DNA from: a virus
Lineage: Duplodnaviria; Heunggongvirae; Uroviricota; Caudoviricetes
Length of the DNA: 64,000 nucleotides
Reading direction: 5' to 3' (one strand)
Virus record (IMG/VR): IMGVR_UViG_3300029720_000461
The notes below the pieces were generated by a model. That model saw only the letters and a program-made list of their open reading frames with translations. It was not told where the DNA came from and did no database searches. Below, piece by piece: positions 60,373 to 64,000 of this stretch. A program made the translations under genes and the position numbers. The first letter of the stretch is position 1. Each line of letters begins with the position of its first letter.

Positions 60373-60540
60373 CATTTCTACTTTGTAGAACTGTACAAGT
60401 TTGCCTTATGATATCAATGTCTCTATTTCATAGAACCATGCTCTAATAAAGCAAACTTAAGTAATGTCTTGCTTACAGCAAGCCTAATATCTTCGCTTCG
60501 TAGAACTCAACATCTCCACAAAGTAGAGCTGTACAAGTTT
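60371..60540. repeat. Second cluster of the same palindromic units
   Basis: Units at 60371 and 60509. Confidence 0.8.
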
Positions 60541-60812
60541 AACAAGAAAATTATAAGAGAACAGAGAATTTTTCTTTGTTCTCTTTTTTTATAACAGTTT
60601 GTATACAGTATACAAATATCTGCTATGTAGCCATTCAAGTTTGTAGTTGCATTAAAAAGTAAAACGAATTTTTTGAAAACATTAAAAAATAAAGTGAAGT
60701 AAATTACTAAAGTTTTGCTTATTAGGACGGAATGTAATGACGGCATCATAAGTAAAACTTTTATTTGCTTTGTTTTGCTATGCAGTTTTCTGCATAGCAT
60801 TAAAAAACAAAG

Positions 60813-60827
60813 CAAATTTGTAACATA
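60813..60827 (+). promoter_or_regulatory. Shared CAAATTKGTAACATA motif, copy 4
   Basis: 43 nt upstream of the prgI ATG; 24-bp identity with the 35.4 kb copy. Confidence 0.65.
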
Positions 60828-60870
60828 CATAAGGTGAAAGCCAAGAAACAAAGAATTAAGGAGAAAACCT

Positions 60871-61308
60871 ATGGAAATTGCAATAAGCAGAGACATCCGC
60901 AAATATAAGACAAAAGATGTCGGTAATTTTTCATTTAAAGAAGCCGGGGTTATCGTCCTTGCTTGTGCAAGTGCATTTATGGTTTTTAAAATGTCAGGAA
61001 AAGGTATTGATGAAATAGAATCAGTTATTCCTTTAATGCTTATTCCTATGGCACTTATACTTATTACTGGTCTGTTTAAGCCTTATGGTATACCATTTCC
61101 AAGATATGCACTGATAATTATAAAGGACAAGCTTGAACCTAAGATATACCCTTGGAAAACAGACTTTACATATGAACCGGAAAATTACGGCGAAATATAT
61201 GGTAATGAATATAAGCTGTCAGAAAAACAGATTCAGACCATTATGCTCCTTAATCAACCACAGCAGGAAGAAAAATCTGCAAATAAGGCTTCAAAAAAGA
61301 AGTTATAA
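60871..61308 (+). CDS. prgI: PrgI-family (VirB3-like) protein
   Basis: MEIAISRDIRKYKTK..GNFSFKE + 2 TM + FKPYG.PF. Confidence 0.85.
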   Translation: MEIAISRDIRKYKTKDVGNFSFKEAGVIVLACASAFMVFKMSGKGIDEIESVIPLMLIPMALILITGLFKPYGIPFPRYALIIIKDKLEPKIYPWKTDFTYEPENYGEIYGNEYKLSEKQIQTIMLLNQPQQEEKSANKASKKKL

Positions 61309-61321
61309 GGAGAAAAAGCGT

Positions 61322-61699
61322 ATGAAGACTAAGTTAATGGCAGCTAAAACAAAAGCCAAGAATGGATTAATGAAATGTGCAATTGTAGCATCACCAATAC
61401 TTTCAATGATGGGTATGCCGGTAATTGCCAGAGCAGATGGCGGAGATGATTTTGGTTCAGTTACAGTATCAACATCAAGTGGTTCAGCAACATCTTTAAT
61501 GGGTAAAATTATCGGTATCCTTCTTACAATTACAAGATATGTAGGTGTTGCCCTTGTCATTTACGGTGTATATGAGATTGTTATGTCATTTATGCAGAAT
61601 CAGCCTGAAGCAAAGACCAAGGGTATTGTCATGGCACTTGCAGGCGTAGTAATGATTGGTCTTAAGTCTATTATTGTCGGACTTGGAATCATTGGATAA
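61322..61699 (+). CDS. VirB2/Maff2-like pilin
   Basis: Signal-like N-terminus, two TM flanking QNQPEAKTKG; start after AAGGAG. Confidence 0.7.
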   Translation: MKTKLMAAKTKAKNGLMKCAIVASPILSMMGMPVIARADGGDDFGSVTVSTSSGSATSLMGKIIGILLTITRYVGVALVIYGVYEIVMSFMQNQPEAKTKGIVMALAGVVMIGLKSIIVGLGIIG

Positions 61700-61829
61700 T
61701 AATTTACAAAAATGTAAATATTAAAGTTTAACAGAATGAACAGATGCGGAAAGCTATGGTTATTTTTCGTAGCTGTTCATTTTTTTGAACTTAGCTTAGT
61801 ACAGACTGATGCATTAAAGGGAGAATCGT

Positions 61830-62987
61830 ATGAAAACTAATAAATATTTTAAAAAAGCCATATCTGCATTACTTATTGTAAGCAGTGCTGTAAGCCTTAC
61901 TGCCTGTACAAGTCCTTTGAAGAAAGATAAGGAAGAAGCACAGGTAAGCAATCCTGAAATACAGCAGAATGATTACAGAGGCGGTATTATGCGTACAAAA
62001 GCATTAAAACAGCTTGTGGAAAATACCATTAATACATGTAAAGAGAAAAATACATCTATAAGAAAAGACAATCCTAATTCATTTTGGGATAGTGAAGGAT
62101 ATAAGGACTTTGTAAGCAATTTTCTTTCATCTTCTGTTATAAATGATACAAAGTGGTTTAATGAAGAAGAAACTTCATTTGATGATATTGTGCAGCAGCT
62201 AAGTAAAACTGAAAACAGCTTTACAACAAAAAGAGATGATGGCACATATGCATTAGCCAGTCAGGATATTAAAATTACCAGAGTTGAAAAAGATGAATAT
62301 ACTGTCACAGGCAGACAGTCATCATTTTCAAAGGGCAAAACCAGCATATCAGGAATAATGAATTGCAGGGCATTATATGACTGTAACCATGACTGGTGCA
62401 AAGCATATATGACATTACAGCCTAACAATTCAGATGTGCTGCCTAATATTACCACTAATATTTTTGAATATGCAAGACTTGATGAAAATACATTTGCAAT
62501 CCAGACAGCGGATGAAAGACTTTACATAAAGCTTGGCGGTAATACCGGTGACAGCATTGATAAAAGACCTGTAGAAGAATTTTATTATTCAAGACTTGAC
62601 GGAAAAACAGCAACAGCAGATTTTAAATCATATGTTGCTGCAAATACTATAGACAGTAATGGCGATTATGTGCAGGAAAATTATCAGAAAAATAAAGTGT
62701 ACGAAAATTATCCTTGGCTTAATGAAAATGGAGACATAAGCTATATACACGGCTTATATGACAGCTTATGTGCTAATGTTGATGCTGCAAAGAATAAAGA
62801 AAACTGGGTTATGGCTAAAAAGACATCTTCTGATACAGCAACAACTGAAACTGCTACAACATCCAAAAAAGCTTCAAGTCCTTACACGGGATATAAGCAG
62901 TACATAACATATAAGAATAATACTCTTACTGTAATAACTTATAATAAGCTTTCAGAAAACTATGAAGAGTTCACTTATAAAAATTAA
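61830..62987 (+). CDS. lipoprotein
   Basis: LTAC lipobox. Confidence 0.8.
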   Translation: MKTNKYFKKAISALLIVSSAVSLTACTSPLKKDKEEAQVSNPEIQQNDYRGGIMRTKALKQLVENTINTCKEKNTSIRKDNPNSFWDSEGYKDFVSNFLSSSVINDTKWFNEEETSFDDIVQQLSKTENSFTTKRDDGTYALASQDIKITRVEKDEYTVTGRQSSFSKGKTSISGIMNCRALYDCNHDWCKAYMTLQPNNSDVLPNITTNIFEYARLDENTFAIQTADERLYIKLGGNTGDSIDKRPVEEFYYSRLDGKTATADFKSYVAANTIDSNGDYVQENYQKNKVYENYPWLNENGDISYIHGLYDSLCANVDAAKNKENWVMAKKTSSDTATTETATTSKKASSPYTGYKQYITYKNNTLTVITYNKLSENYEEFTYKN

Positions 62988-63000
62988 AATATAAGGAGAT

Positions 63001-63264
63001 ATGAATATGTATTATGACACAGATATATATAACATAGAAAATGTAAAAAATGAAAACGATAAAAGCTTTTTAAAAGGCATGGATTATATAGCAGCAAATG
63101 TTGTAGACGCAGGAGTTAAAAGCTATCTTAATAACTCAGATAATCCTTCTGCTACGCAAATGGCTGTGGTAAAGGAGATTCTTGAAAATTTTAAAGATTA
63201 TTTTAAAGATTATATCAAAATTGCAGAAACAGAAATCTGTGCAAGCATGATTAAAAATGCCTGA
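63001..63264 (+). CDS. hypothetical protein
   Basis: AAGGAG RBS. Confidence 0.7.
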   Translation: MNMYYDTDIYNIENVKNENDKSFLKGMDYIAANVVDAGVKSYLNNSDNPSATQMAVVKEILENFKDYFKDYIKIAETEICASMIKNA

Positions 63265-63380
63265 AACATTATTATATAATTAATAATTAAGCTTTTTTAT
63301 AACATTTTTGTCTCTGTTGCAGTTTAATATAATTGTAGCAGAGATATTTTGTTATAAAAAAGAAAAGGAGTTTTTAGAGT

Positions 63381-63974
63381 ATGAATAAAATATACTGTGC
63401 CGTATATGAACTTGTAAAAGCACACTTTGAAGGCAATGAAGATGATTTTAAAAGAAATTTAAAGGCTATAGCAGACTATTGTGAAAAAGAAGGCAACATA
63501 AAAGGTGCAGATGAATTAAGAATGTATCTTGATGCAGTAGTAAAGCTGGATAACAGAACTACAAGAAAATATTTTAAAGAAAATCCTGATGGAACACAGA
63601 CCGAGATAAGTAAAGAAGAGTATGACAGACTTGTTAATCCAAATCCATTGGATAAGCCTGTTATAGAACCTGTTAATATAGAAAAACCGGTATTTAAACA
63701 ACCTGTTTCCATAGAACCTGATAAGGAATTTGTACAGGAACAGACAGCTTTTAAAGAAAAACCGGCAGCAGAAGAAAATCCGGCTGATGAGGAAAAGTCT
63801 GAAAATGAGCCTAAAAAGCGTCATAGAAGGACAAAAGCGGAGATGGAAGAATATAGGAACAGTGATGAATATAAGCAGAAACAAAATCAACCCAAAAGGC
63901 ACAGAAGAACAAAAGCTGAAATGGAAGCTGAACGTAATAAACAAAATGATTATGAGCAGTTATCATTGCTCTGA
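63381..63974 (+). CDS. hypothetical protein with duplicated KRHRRTKAEME motif
   Basis: AAGGAG RBS; internal repeat. Confidence 0.7.
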   Translation: MNKIYCAVYELVKAHFEGNEDDFKRNLKAIADYCEKEGNIKGADELRMYLDAVVKLDNRTTRKYFKENPDGTQTEISKEEYDRLVNPNPLDKPVIEPVNIEKPVFKQPVSIEPDKEFVQEQTAFKEKPAAEENPADEEKSENEPKKRHRRTKAEMEEYRNSDEYKQKQNQPKRHRRTKAEMEAERNKQNDYEQLSLL

Positions 63975-64000
63975 TAGGAGAAGTATATGATTTTTCATAA

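Noticed and set aside
59319..60540. CRISPR array (Cas12a-like CTAC..GTAG stems)
   Set aside because: Units are divergent, irregularly spaced and split by a gene; loop length differs from Cas12a repeats; no cas genes in the window.

Overview
Low-GC Firmicutes-type (Lachnospiraceae/Clostridia-like codon and RBS style, inferred) segment of what appears to be a large conjugative plasmid or ICE. It has no rRNA, tRNA or ribosomal-protein genes. Left (1-8 kb): a RecJ-like gene (cut by the window edge) diverges from a phage-like run of small ORFs that includes an NMN-adenylyltransferase-like and a NADAR gene. 9-14 kb: a PBECR4-type nuclease bracketed by two copies of a structured, covarying ncRNA (type III toxin-antitoxin-like layout), a degenerate nucleotidyltransferase, and a transposase-less TnpB wired to an Xre repressor switch among three paralogous small ORFs. 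14-42 kb: cargo genes (CHC2 Zn finger, tandem dead DnaQ folds, ArdC-like, DUF5688-like, macro domain, HAD nucleotidase, TopB, HEPN). Many end in a Lys-rich/'-ER'-type C-terminal tail suggestive of T4SS substrates. 42-64 kb: MOBV relaxase and a Gram-positive T4SS (VirB4, NlpC/P60-tipped giant protein, VirD4, VirB6-like, PrgI, pilin), plus a sigma-region-2-like ORF, a degenerate GGDEF protein, a shared upstream motif and several families of non-coding repeats and structured RNAs. All family calls are from motif recognition by eye, not database searches.
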